From a virus: a stretch of DNA of 64,000 nucleotides. Shown here in pieces: positions 11,401 to 19,910 of this stretch (position 1 is its first letter; each line of letters opens with the position of its first letter). The position numbers and the translations under genes were made by a program. The notes under the pieces were generated by a model that worked only from the letters and a program-made list of their open reading frames with translations, had not been told where the DNA came from and searched no databases. Where the stretch lies: positions 87,200 through 151,199 of the IMG/VR virus record IMGVR_UViG_3300018916_000001; one strand, given 5' to 3'.

Positions 11401-11427
11401 GTGACTAAGAAAAAGAAGGAGATATAA
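8401..11427 (+). CDS. Large putative virion/tail-associated protein
   Basis: 1008 aa, Asn/Ser/Thr-rich, last gene of the + strand block. Confidence 0.5.
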   Translation: MNDDLIVQKILKLLENNAAFIGYALNGGIGTKINVRNTETGKTIQALSINVDSSGEVLVVKDSDDGQYKAVTFKAAEQVTERIIQVRKTKPVDDKKVIEYTDSDIEVFYLFIKLIDTGSPVSTQLTSTWIRKGSSCTQFVGAYERCNYAARDTIEGTSYMGLPYKPYSSLNDCLNDDLGRDAKTPHGTGDEQGLGAGFKIYSTRMTSDAEQALQAALISHDNYYGTNFRKLFGYGSILECSGGMFVVGWESGYASPTPEQQALGQSGTYFTRCEFSYLPGYTNDCTIAQQNARYCDTRGFINSKAPLFGQEEPGQPSLNQVDNTWGHQYGWVDLSYDFMYKRHFIPSYVNGAAAQGSFLILEVNDDQTPTIPEGYFPWTPGCPSNLGEGGPYNGSGGNRFPDGPPKLKKRDMKLSTHKAEIWLGSSKKEEAIKLYELGASDLFSGMYNAFILAANETQVDIENRLRRNFAISEEDQAKHIKFYENCNKNIIDLRIDPRVWVYILNNVPLSNYVTPSIDGIFTDPRNRSLQQIVDNLYNRTINLTVVDNKTQVVHLKLGLEPKSVLSNTDCKGTKSGNLPISANDLTPNQSWEYRKYVTIKIKNWQIESTSNTLDTTLIPNTTWNKQYIERKFFTSFGSLIYNASGGVGTGNSERDVANNILLRPNNDISFIGLTSGNNYEQYNYSQANNPTSSSVFTPMIFFVNSSTFLAKNTSSGDSQRRVLLSTSSWWALWDRSILDSTKKRLSSVVGYERNIYQILTSYGLDPNLNYTSISNNSHISNRTYFDYVLNRPKLLVPSNIKSVRNKLVPVTNDNSFTALSTRKNTLNAYGLNFYYTYHLTSWSQYRLSGRLDNITVPNLGVLSPFYGNSNLNTHNTRESVLAINTDSGSYVSTRRLDTNQWFNNFWAQLIFDGSIKVDVDSYKNVEFNPPTNPTRYIKYATNQLNSNNEYSFVLDKVQNLETVLTPGVLDITKQVPIKKPTNVELDPNMSFLVYLFPFVSVTKKKKEI

Positions 11428-11433
11428 TTAAAA

Positions 11434-11504
11434 AGCGAATAAAGAGGCTCGAACTCTTGACTTCTAGTTGGAAGCTAGAAATATTACCACTATACTATAT
11501 TCGC
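11434..11504 (-). tRNA. tRNA-Gly(TCC)
   Basis: RC GCGAATATAGTATAGTGGTAATATTTCTAGCTTCCAACTAGAAGTCAAGAGTTCGAGCCTCTTTATTCGCT: 7-bp acceptor, TCTAG/CTAGA anticodon stem, TTCGA T-loop. Confidence 0.9.
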
Positions 11505-11509
11505 ATTAG

Positions 11510-11581
11510 CGCACAGAGCTAAGATTCGCACTTAGGATTCTAGTTTTGGAGACTAGCGTGTTCCTACTACACTATTCTGGC
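11510..11581 (-). tRNA. tRNA-Trp(CCA), atypical
   Basis: Anticodon arm CTAGT-CTCCAAA-ACTAG; D-stem GTGT/ACAC; T-arm CTAAG-TGCGAAT-CTTAG; imperfect acceptor. Confidence 0.7.
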
Positions 11582-11604
11582 GGATAAACTAAACCTAGCA
11601 CAAG

Positions 11605-11811
11605 CTAATCAGTATTGTCAACTTTAATACTAATATTAGTTATTGCAAACTCTATAGACTTATAAAAAGACTTATAAAACTCTATTTCTTCTTTTAGTCT
11701 ATTAGGAATATCATCTATAGTTTCTACATCAAAAATATGCTCAACACCTCCACTATTACCAGATAAACCAATAGTAGGAGCTTTAGCCTTGATAGTAGTT
11801 AAGTAGTTCAT
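11605..11811 (-). CDS. Hypothetical protein
   Basis: ORF track; operon-like spacing. Confidence 0.5.
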   Translation of the reverse strand: MNYLTTIKAKAPTIGLSGNSGGVEHIFDVETIDDIPNRLKEEIEFYKSFYKSIEFAITNISIKVDNTD

Positions 11812-11815
11812 TTAG

Positions 11816-12301
11816 TTATCTCTTTAATTGGCTATGAATCTTTTCGTCTTCTCTTATAGTAGATAATATTTTAATATCTAACTTATATAGAGAATTTTTA
11901 GTGATATAGCTTAGAAACTTAACTAGATACAAAAGAAGTGAGTAATATGAATAAGCTATCTTCTCTCCATTTTGTACAAATCTTAGTAAATCTCTTGTAG
12001 AATAGCTAGATGCAGTTTTTCCTCTAAAGATTATGTAAAATAATGGATTTCTTATAGATAACTTATTATTTACTTTCTTTTTCTCATTTTTATATTGTAT
12101 AGACTCTACTAGATATTTAGAGGGTATAATTTCCTCTCGTTTATCTAATAGAGAATACAACATCTTAGAGTGTTTCTTTTCTTCTATAGATAACTGATTA
12201 AAGAAGTTAGAATACTCATCATTTCTACTAGATATCTTTTTATAGAAGTTAGATAGTGCATATTCATAATTAGCTAGTTTTCGATATATAAGACTTAACA
12301 A
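11816..12301 (-). CDS. Ferritin-like (rubrerythrin-type) diiron protein
   Basis: Paired E..(x)..ExxH pattern: EYALSNFY..EEKKH / EKIAYSYY..DEKIH. Confidence 0.7.
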   Translation of the reverse strand: MLSLIYRKLANYEYALSNFYKKISSRNDEYSNFFNQLSIEEKKHSKMLYSLLDKREEIIPSKYLVESIQYKNEKKKVNNKLSIRNPLFYIIFRGKTASSYSTRDLLRFVQNGEKIAYSYYSLLLYLVKFLSYITKNSLYKLDIKILSTIREDEKIHSQLKR

Positions 12302-14060
12302 AACTTTTAAACTTATTAAAGATTACTCTCATTATAAATTTAAAGTCTAAATCTTGTATATTATCTAAACTAAAATTCTTAAAAGAAAGATAGTAACAGA
12401 ATAATCTAGTAAAACTCCTCTTGTATTCTTCTCTATCTACCACATATCTCTGAAGTATCTTTTTACCTATAGATACTAAATCTCTTTTATTACTGGAGAG
12501 TGAATCGTTTAGTCTTCTATAAGTTACTATATAGTCTTTCGTACATTTGAAAGTTGCTACTTGAGACAGTTGAATAAGAAAATCCCAATCTTCACATACA
12601 TTATAAGCTGTACAAAATTCTATATCATTCTCTCTAATTACTTCTGTTTTAATGAAGAGATTAGAACCACATCCTAAGAAGTTATATTGAATAGCATCTT
12701 TAAAGACATCTCCATTACAAATTTTAGCTTTACTTTTAGTTACTATATCTCCTCTCTTATCTAGAACTCTACTATAAACACAATCTACATAAGGATATCT
12801 CTTAAATGTCTCAACGGATTTCTCTACTAATTGAGAATCCCAAGTATCATCTGCATCACAAAATGAGATAATGTCTGTACATAAAGCTAATCCTTTATTT
12901 CGTATAAAAGAAACACCTTGATTACATTCATATTTAAGTAAAGAAAACCTATCTCTTATATCTTCACTTAAACAACCTATAAATCTCTGGGATATCTCAT
13001 AACTTCTATCTGTACTAGCATCATCTATAATTACTACTCTAATATTTTTATATGTTTGATTAGCTATAGAAGATAATGTTTCTTCTATATAATCTTCCTT
13101 ATTATAAAGAGGTACTACTACATAAACTTCAGGTATATAATCTTTTAAAGAACTATTTTTGACAACACCTTTATTTAGATAAAATTGATAATCTAACTTC
13201 TTTTTATTAACTACTAAATCATATATAGTTTCTTTAGTTATTGGATGCTCAAAGCAGTTCTTTATATAATCAAATCTTTCTCTATATCTTTTACTAAAGC
13301 CCTCTTCAATTTGTTTAGATATATTCTTATCTCTATTAGATTCGACTTCTTCTGTAGTTTTTAATATATTCTCGTGATGTTGTTCATTACCTATATTAGG
13401 AATTACTTTTAATGTGTTTTCTATCCTACCATTTATAAGATATTGAATGTCTGCTTCAATATACAGTGAGTTTAATAAAGATTCTAGAGTTTTATATGGA
13501 TTCTCAGTTAGTTCTCTATAAGTAATACAAAAACTATAAGGAATGATAGTCGTATCATTGTACCAACTTACTTTTACTGAGTTCTCTAGTATATCTTTGC
13601 CATATACATATTTCTTAACTATAGAAGTATTAGGTTCATTTCTCTTAGAGATTAAATGTATATATATTTCTACTAGAGATTCTTCGTACTTTTCACAAGC
13701 TCCTAGTAAATCCATTTCTCCAAATAGCTCTAAATTATCTTTACTAGCTTTTAATATAGATAATACAGTAGGTATAGGAGGTCTTACGATGTATATAACA
13801 TAAATATCTCTCTTACATAATTTTCTCAGTTTATCAATATCTTCTAGATAAAGAGCGTGGCAAGGTGTCTTCTCTATAAGTATTCCCTCATTAAAAGAAT
13901 CTAAATAAGTTGCTAACTCTTCTAATGTCTTTACTCTATTACTAAGAAGTTTACTCTCATATAAAATCTTAGTATTAGGTAATCCACACAAATAAGAAAG
14001 TAATAATGTACTTCCTGATCTACCCGCACCTACTATAAATATCAGTTTTTTGTTACTCAT
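12270..14060 (-). CDS. Sulfotransferase + GT2 glycosyltransferase fusion
   Basis: N-terminal IFIVGAGRSGSTLL..EKTP (PAPS-binding loop); C-terminal VVVPLYN..IIDDASTD..FCDADD..EDWDF. Confidence 0.85.
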   Translation of the reverse strand: MSNKKLIFIVGAGRSGSTLLLSYLCGLPNTKILYESKLLSNRVKTLEELATYLDSFNEGILIEKTPCHALYLEDIDKLRKLCKRDIYVIYIVRPPIPTVLSILKASKDNLELFGEMDLLGACEKYEESLVEIYIHLISKRNEPNTSIVKKYVYGKDILENSVKVSWYNDTTIIPYSFCITYRELTENPYKTLESLLNSLYIEADIQYLINGRIENTLKVIPNIGNEQHHENILKTTEEVESNRDKNISKQIEEGFSKRYRERFDYIKNCFEHPITKETIYDLVVNKKKLDYQFYLNKGVVKNSSLKDYIPEVYVVVPLYNKEDYIEETLSSIANQTYKNIRVVIIDDASTDRSYEISQRFIGCLSEDIRDRFSLLKYECNQGVSFIRNKGLALCTDIISFCDADDTWDSQLVEKSVETFKRYPYVDCVYSRVLDKRGDIVTKSKAKICNGDVFKDAIQYNFLGCGSNLFIKTEVIRENDIEFCTAYNVCEDWDFLIQLSQVATFKCTKDYIVTYRRLNDSLSSNKRDLVSIGKKILQRYVVDREEYKRSFTRLFCYYLSFKNFSLDNIQDLDFKFIMRVIFNKFKSFVKSYISKTS

Positions 14061-14061
14061 C

Positions 14062-14448
14062 TTAGAGAAAATCCTTATAATCTACTTTAAAATACTTACC
14101 TAAAACTTTAGCAATAGATCTATCTATCTCACGAATTTCATGTAAAATATCTCTAGTTAAACTATCACTTCCAATCACAGAAACTAAGTCTTCAAAAGTT
14201 AGCTCTAAATTTTCCATTAAAGCTTTTAAAAATTCTAAGGGTTCTAACTGTGGCAAAGGATAATGTTCATCTTCATACTCTTCGATTAAAAGAGATAAAA
14301 GATGTCCTACCATTTCATCTTCTTGAGTACGATTATCTCCAAATAGTAAAGATTCTACTAACTCTAAGTATTTGTCGTATTGTTCTTCAGATTCGATTTT
14401 CTTAGGAACAATCTCAGATAATTGAATGTATCTCTCTTGATAGAACAT
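14062..14448 (-). CDS. HigA-like (YgjM-type) antitoxin, orphan
   Basis: PKKIESEEQY..LLIEEYEDEHYP..PLEFLKALME..L..EDLVSVIGS..IL...R.I..AK.LG.YFKV. Confidence 0.8.
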   Translation of the reverse strand: MFYQERYIQLSEIVPKKIESEEQYDKYLELVESLLFGDNRTQEDEMVGHLLSLLIEEYEDEHYPLPQLEPLEFLKALMENLELTFEDLVSVIGSDSLTRDILHEIREIDRSIAKVLGKYFKVDYKDFL

Positions 14449-14452
14449 AAAA

Positions 14453-14848
14453 TTACTTCTTCCTAATAATCTTTGGATCTTCTGATTCTTCGTATCTACT
14501 AAATCCTAAGAAGTCACCTGAATCATGACTGAGATAAGGGTCAATCCAATTTACAAAGTTCTTTATCTCATTAGAATAGTTCTTTAAATTACAACGAATA
14601 CATAGAAAATACTGTTCTGCTATATCATCAAATCTTAGAGTAGAAATAGTATCAGCAGCAAAATAGTAACTATCACAAGTTAACATATATTGCCATCTCT
14701 CACTCTGACTAAATAAAGGATGTGAAGAAAGTGATATATTTACCTCCTCTATCTCGTGATAAATCATGTACTTTAGAATATCGATTATTCTCTTAGGAGT
14801 ATCTTTACGTAACCTAGCATTAAAATGAAACTCAGTGTACATTCCCAT
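14453..14848 (-). CDS. Phage hypothetical protein (MGMYTE start)
   Basis: ORF track; pattern familiar from phage hypothetical proteins. Confidence 0.5.
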   Translation of the reverse strand: MGMYTEFHFNARLRKDTPKRIIDILKYMIYHEIEEVNISLSSHPLFSQSERWQYMLTCDSYYFAADTISTLRFDDIAEQYFLCIRCNLKNYSNEIKNFVNWIDPYLSHDSGDFLGFSRYEESEDPKIIRKK

Positions 14849-15131
14849 AGTCTTAGTTCTCCAATATATAAACAGTTAAGTTCTCTAATACATCTGTGAA
14901 ATTACCAGAAAATAACACTTTATCTTTTTTCTTAATATCATAAGTATGTAAATTAGGAGAAAGCACTACTTTTGCATTTATCTTATTTGCTAGTATTTCT
15001 AAAGTTTCTTTTGGATATTCACTTCCCCAAGTAACATAATCTACTAGAAACCTAATTACTTCACGTTTAGATTTTTTCATAAATAGTAATATGTTAAACT
15101 TTTTAATAGATATAAATAATTATTAATACTA

Positions 15132-16427
15132 ATGAATCCAAATTTTCAAGAAGCTTTATATACAACTAATCATTCATCTAAAATCTCTAGACTTTCTCAA
15201 AATGTAGTACAAGAAATTAGTAGAGACGACCCTACTTCTCTTACTGAATATCTTAAAATGTTACATTCCGATCCTGTAGTAAAAGCTTGTGTAGATATCA
15301 AATGTCTACGAGCTTCTAATACTTTCGGAATTTATCAGCATACTAAATCTGAAATTACAGACTTTATGCAAGGAATGTTTGCTAATATGCGAGATACATT
15401 GAAGAAAAATGTAGGTGAGTTAGCAATATGTACTGCATTAGGCTTCTCTGTTGCTGAAATCAACTTTAAAATAGATAAGTCATATCTTGTATTAGATAGT
15501 ATTTATGCGCTTAATTTAGAAAGAGTAAAGTTTAAAGGTAGTAGAGGTTATATTGAGTACGTAATTTACTCAGATAATAAAAACACTAATATAGAAATTC
15601 CATATAAAAAAGTCATTCATATAACCAATTCATCTTCTACTACTTTTAATGACCCATTTGGAAGTGCAGAATGTAAAAGAGCTTATAAATATTCTCAAGC
15701 AAAGATGGCAATTTTATCTGATATGGTACTTTCAGGTAGAAATTTAGCAACTGGAATCTTAGTAGGTAAGGTGGATAGTAATATTAGCACTGTAATGATG
15801 GATATGTATGGTAATCCATTGATCGGAGCTAACGGTCAACCTGTTAAGAAAGGCGCTCATCAAGCATTATTCGAGAAGTTAATTGCTTTAGAGAATCATT
15901 CAGTATTAGTGACAGATAAAGCTAATGATATTATGCCTATCTCAGTACCAGATGGAAGTCAATTTTGGAACAATGCACTTCAACAATTAGATAAATATAT
16001 AATGAGGAGCTTTGGTGTACCTACATTAGTATTTGAGGAAGGTTCAGGTGCTTTAGGAGTAGCTACCTTATCTGTTAAACAATCAACTCTTTTAGACGCA
16101 ACAGTAGAAGTCATTGTAAATCAAATCCAAGACCAGATTATAGAGAAAGTCTGTAAACCCATTATCTTATGGAACTTTGGCAAACAAAAAGATTATGGTA
16201 AGTTCGCTATTGATTCTAGTTCTGACCCTGGAGTTGAAATGCAACAACTTCAAAATATATTCACTGCTATATCAATGGGTATATTTAGTGCAGATGACCC
16301 TGTAGTAAGCAATAGAATTAGAGGGGTACTTAATCTTCCAATTCAAACAGAGAAAGAGATTGAAGAAGCTAAAGCTCTAAAACAAATAGAACAACAAAGC
16401 CAAATGCAGCAACAACCTCCAATGTAA
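15132..16427 (+). CDS. Portal protein (DUF935 / Mu gp29-like)
   Basis: 431 aa; DPVVKAC, GFSVAEI, NDPFGS and QIIEKVCKPIILWNFG segments are typical of this portal family. Confidence 0.75.
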   Translation: MNPNFQEALYTTNHSSKISRLSQNVVQEISRDDPTSLTEYLKMLHSDPVVKACVDIKCLRASNTFGIYQHTKSEITDFMQGMFANMRDTLKKNVGELAICTALGFSVAEINFKIDKSYLVLDSIYALNLERVKFKGSRGYIEYVIYSDNKNTNIEIPYKKVIHITNSSSTTFNDPFGSAECKRAYKYSQAKMAILSDMVLSGRNLATGILVGKVDSNISTVMMDMYGNPLIGANGQPVKKGAHQALFEKLIALENHSVLVTDKANDIMPISVPDGSQFWNNALQQLDKYIMRSFGVPTLVFEEGSGALGVATLSVKQSTLLDATVEVIVNQIQDQIIEKVCKPIILWNFGKQKDYGKFAIDSSSDPGVEMQQLQNIFTAISMGIFSADDPVVSNRIRGVLNLPIQTEKEIEEAKALKQIEQQSQMQQQPPM

Positions 16428-16655
16428 TTAATTTAATAGCTCTATAACTGTGCCTTGGTAATACAGATTAAAATCCTCCTGATAGTCTCCGTTCTCTTGG
16501 CAATCTTCTCCTACATAAACTTTCCAATTACCATTAAGGTCTATAACACATCTCTACTAAAACTAAAGTTATTCTCTATAAAATCTTCTATAACAGCACT
16601 CAAATATGCTATAGAAGTATCTGTTTTTGTTTCAAGAATACTTTTAAAATCAGGA

Positions 16656-17342
16656 CTAATGAATACTCCTCTCATTTTCTTTCTCCAGTAATTCTTCTAA
16701 CCAAGACTTAAATTCTTCTTTACTAAGTTCATCAAAAAACTCTCTAACATCTTTAAATTCTCTAAGCTCAGATTTAGGTGTATTGTGAAATTCTTCTATA
16801 ATTTCTCTCAAATGAGCTTGAAATTTAAAGTCATTATTTTCAACTTCATTTAACTTCTCATCAATTTCTTGTTCATTGTTTAAATCTTGTACTCCAATAC
16901 TTAAGAGATAATTCTTCCACTTCTCTTCTTCTACTTGTTCTTTATAGAGTTTAGCTTTTACTATTCTCTCCGCCATTTCTCTATTTCTTAGCTGATCAGC
17001 TTCTTCTCCACAAATAGAAGAGAGTCCAGAAGGTATATGAGTTACTTGTGCGTAATACTCAACTCTAGCTGTTTTCTGGTCTTTACCTTCTTGAGTATCT
17101 ATAAACTTACATTTAAGTTCTTTTGGGTCTATATAGAAATCATCAGGTTCTTCGTATATAAGATTTTCATACTCTTGACTTTTCTCCAAAATAAGTTTGT
17201 AGATGTTAGAATCTTTACTTATTAAATAGATTATCTCTACTCCATTATCAGTAATTAGCTCTTGTACTGGTCTAAAATTATAGTCTGTTGAAAGATTAGG
17301 ATTTTTACTACTGAAACATTCTACAAATATAGTTTCTATCAT
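16656..17342 (-). CDS. Protein with a degenerate peptide-chain release factor (RF-1) domain
   Basis: IDPKELK....GKDQ....VTHIPSGL...C.EE.DQLRNRE.A..I.KAKLY aligns with RF domain 3 but lacks GGQ. Confidence 0.7.
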   Translation of the reverse strand: MIETIFVECFSSKNPNLSTDYNFRPVQELITDNGVEIIYLISKDSNIYKLILEKSQEYENLIYEEPDDFYIDPKELKCKFIDTQEGKDQKTARVEYYAQVTHIPSGLSSICGEEADQLRNREMAERIVKAKLYKEQVEEEKWKNYLLSIGVQDLNNEQEIDEKLNEVENNDFKFQAHLREIIEEFHNTPKSELREFKDVREFFDELSKEEFKSWLEELLEKENERSIH

Positions 17343-17350
17343 TTTTTCTA

Positions 17351-17854
17351 TTAGATATATTTAGCCCAACGATTTCTTTCTTCATCTATAAACCAATCAA
17401 GTTCATCTAGCAAAACTACATCTTCGAGAGATACAGCTATTGAATTCTTATTATACCCAAAATATAATTTATCTTCTACTATATCTATTAAACATCTAGG
17501 TTCATAACTTAAAAGAATTCTCATACCTTCTAATACTTGAAAGGTAGAATTCATTTTTACATCTTCTATAATTACTTGTGTCATTTAATAATTTATATTA
17601 GATAAATACCAGCCATACTCATATTTCCAAGAGAAAGTAGTAATAGAATTTTCTACCTTACTAAACTCCCATCCCCATTCTTTCAAATTTTTTACATCTT
17701 GTTCACTTATCTCTTTATCATCTGTATATAGAAGATAATATTGAGTTACACTTTCACAATATAAATGAAGGTTTGGATAATATCTTAGTAGAATTGAGAA
17801 CCCTCTTAGTAAACATTCAGTATCAAAGTTTTGAGGTTGAGGTATTTGAATCAT
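17351..17854 (-). CDS. Two tandem paralogous small proteins (17351-17584, 17585-17854)
   Basis: Shared LxGxxILLxYxP...SxxDVxxLxExxW pattern. Confidence 0.55.
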
Positions 17855-17874
17855 TTATCTAACTCCTATAAAAA

Positions 17875-17973
17875 TGTCCTACTCACGAATCGAACGTGAA
17901 TACTACCTCATATAAGAGGCTGCTCTGACCCAAAGGACTGTGTTTATCAGATCTTCCGTTGAGCTAGTAGGAC
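17875..17973 (-). tRNA. tRNA-like gene (Ile/TAT-like) with a large D-loop insertion
   Basis: Perfect acceptor GTCCTAC/GTAGGAC-A, D-stem GCTC/GAGC, T-arm TCACG-TTCGATT-CGTGA; D-loop about 35 nt; anticodon loop irregular. Confidence 0.7.
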
Positions 17974-18458
17974 TTACAAACTAATTAGTCTTTTGTATCC
18001 TCACTATTTTATTCTTTTTCTCTTCCTCTTTACGTTTTTCGTAATCACTTATGTGTTCCCCAGTCCACGACTCGTATAGTTCTTCTCTAATTAAAAGACC
18101 TCCAGTTACACAAGCAGCATTATAAGCAATAAAAAATCCAGTACCAATTATACTCATAGGTTCCATAATCTTTTTACCTCTAGTTTTATTTTTCTTCTAT
18201 AAATCATACATTAACTCTTCAACTCTTTCGTAACAATCATCGTAATACTTAGCTTCTCTTTCATCTACTACTTCTTCTATCTTTTCAATAACTACTCTAA
18301 ATCTTGTCCCTGTAGAAAAATCTCTAAGAAGTTTTTCAAGTTCTAGATACTCCTTTTCATTTAAAGTGAAAGCGTAAGAGATAAGTAGAGATAATACAGA
18401 ATAATTATCTGTTAACTCTTTATCTTTTATATCATCCCACCATTTTATAGTATTCAAT

Positions 18459-19040
18459 TCAATCATTCTTTTCTTCTAACTCTCTTAGCTCTTTTTGTCT
18501 ATATCTAGGTAATTCATCATTATCGAAATTAACTTCATCACTGTAAAGACCCTCCAAGTGTTCCCATAAGTCAATAATTATTCTATCTTTCTCATTTTCT
18601 CTATATAAAAGCTTCCTAAATCTAGGAAACTCTTTCTTATACATTTTATAGAGCTTAAGATTATTATCAATGCTAAACTCTGTATTTACAATTCTATCGG
18701 CTAATTTAATAGTCAAAGCTGCATAATTCTCTCTAGTTTTTGGAGCTGTCTTCTCAAGTATTTCTTCTCTATTTTTACCTGGTTCATTGGTTAAATCAAA
18801 TACCATATCTGCTACTTCACTACCAAATACTGATTTAAGAAGCTCGTAAGTAACAGGAGTATCTTCTAATGAATCATGTAACCAAGCACCAGAAAGTACA
18901 ATACCATCTTTTATACCAAACTCCTGTAAAGTTAGAACTACCTCTTCTAGATGTTTTGTATAAGGTAACTCCCCATAAAACTGATTTTTATGTACCAATC
19001 TAGCAAATAACTCTGCTTGTTCACTTAATAGCATTTTCAT
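18459..19040 (-). CDS. Small alarmone hydrolase (RelA/SpoT HD domain, Mesh1-like)
   Basis: H.NQ...PY..HL.EV, WLHDSLEDT, FGSEVADMV..LT, IKLADRI.N. Confidence 0.85.
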   Translation of the reverse strand: MKMLLSEQAELFARLVHKNQFYGELPYTKHLEEVVLTLQEFGIKDGIVLSGAWLHDSLEDTPVTYELLKSVFGSEVADMVFDLTNEPGKNREEILEKTAPKTRENYAALTIKLADRIVNTEFSIDNNLKLYKMYKKEFPRFRKLLYRENEKDRIIIDLWEHLEGLYSDEVNFDNDELPRYRQKELRELEEKND

Positions 19041-19323
19041 TTAATTTCTCTATATCTAATAACTTTGTGTTCAAGTAATCTAAACTGCACTTAGTTTGCT
19101 TTATTTGTCTTTCTAAATATTCCTTCTCTCTTATAAGAAAAACATCTACCTCTTTCTTCATCTTATCTATTAGCTGTTCTACTGTATCAGCGTAATGTCT
19201 ATAAATATAGTAGTAAATATCTGAATTATAAATCTTACTATATAACGTACCTATTAACTTTTGGTTTTTCTTACTTTGACAAATAGTTATATAAAAGCCT
19301 TTATAGTTAATTTGAGTTCGCAT
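19021..19323 (-). CDS. HicB-like domain protein
   Basis: NYKGFYITI..LIG..ADTVEQLIDKMKKEVDVFL. Confidence 0.6.
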   Translation of the reverse strand: MRTQINYKGFYITICQSKKNQKLIGTLYSKIYNSDIYYYIYRHYADTVEQLIDKMKKEVDVFLIREKEYLERQIKQTKCSLDYLNTKLLDIEKLNENAIK

Positions 19324-19325
19324 AG

Positions 19326-19697
19326 TTAACCTCCTACATTTTCCCTATTCATCCAATTAAGACAGTTAATAATTATATCTCCATGACACTTCTCATCTTC
19401 CTTACACCAACAGACTAATTTCAATGGTTCATGACCTAATTCCTCTCTAAATCTAATATCAGCTAATAACCAATCAAGAGTTTGTTTAGCTTCAGTATTA
19501 GCTTGAATTTGATTCCATAACCAACGTCTATATTTCTGTACTACCTCTTCTCTTGTACTGTCTTTACCAATCTTATACGGATTAGCTAATGTAGATTGAG
19601 GTAAACCAATATACTTACTGCCACGACCTATATAAAAACAATCTTTGTCAAACTCTATATCTTTTATGCAAACTCTTTTGACATTTAGCTTATTCAT
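19326..19697 (-). CDS. DUF4326 family protein
   Basis: YIGRGS..LANPY.IG..REEVV.KYR.WL..LVCWCK..CHGDII. Confidence 0.8.
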   Translation of the reverse strand: MNKLNVKRVCIKDIEFDKDCFYIGRGSKYIGLPQSTLANPYKIGKDSTREEVVQKYRRWLWNQIQANTEAKQTLDWLLADIRFREELGHEPLKLVCWCKEDEKCHGDIIINCLNWMNRENVGG

Positions 19698-19910
19698 TAG
19701 TTATCTCTACTACTCTAGAATAATTTTGTGCTATCTCTAGTAGAAGTTCTGAGTTTTCTAACAACCAAATAGCTGCTTTTCTATTTTTATCTAAAAAACT
19801 ATAATCTGTTTCTATAGGTAATTGAGGATTATCCCACCAATCAGGATTACGTCTAGCTACATAAGGAAACTCTCTAAGTAATACTTTTATTTCGTCTTTA
19901 TTTATTTTCA

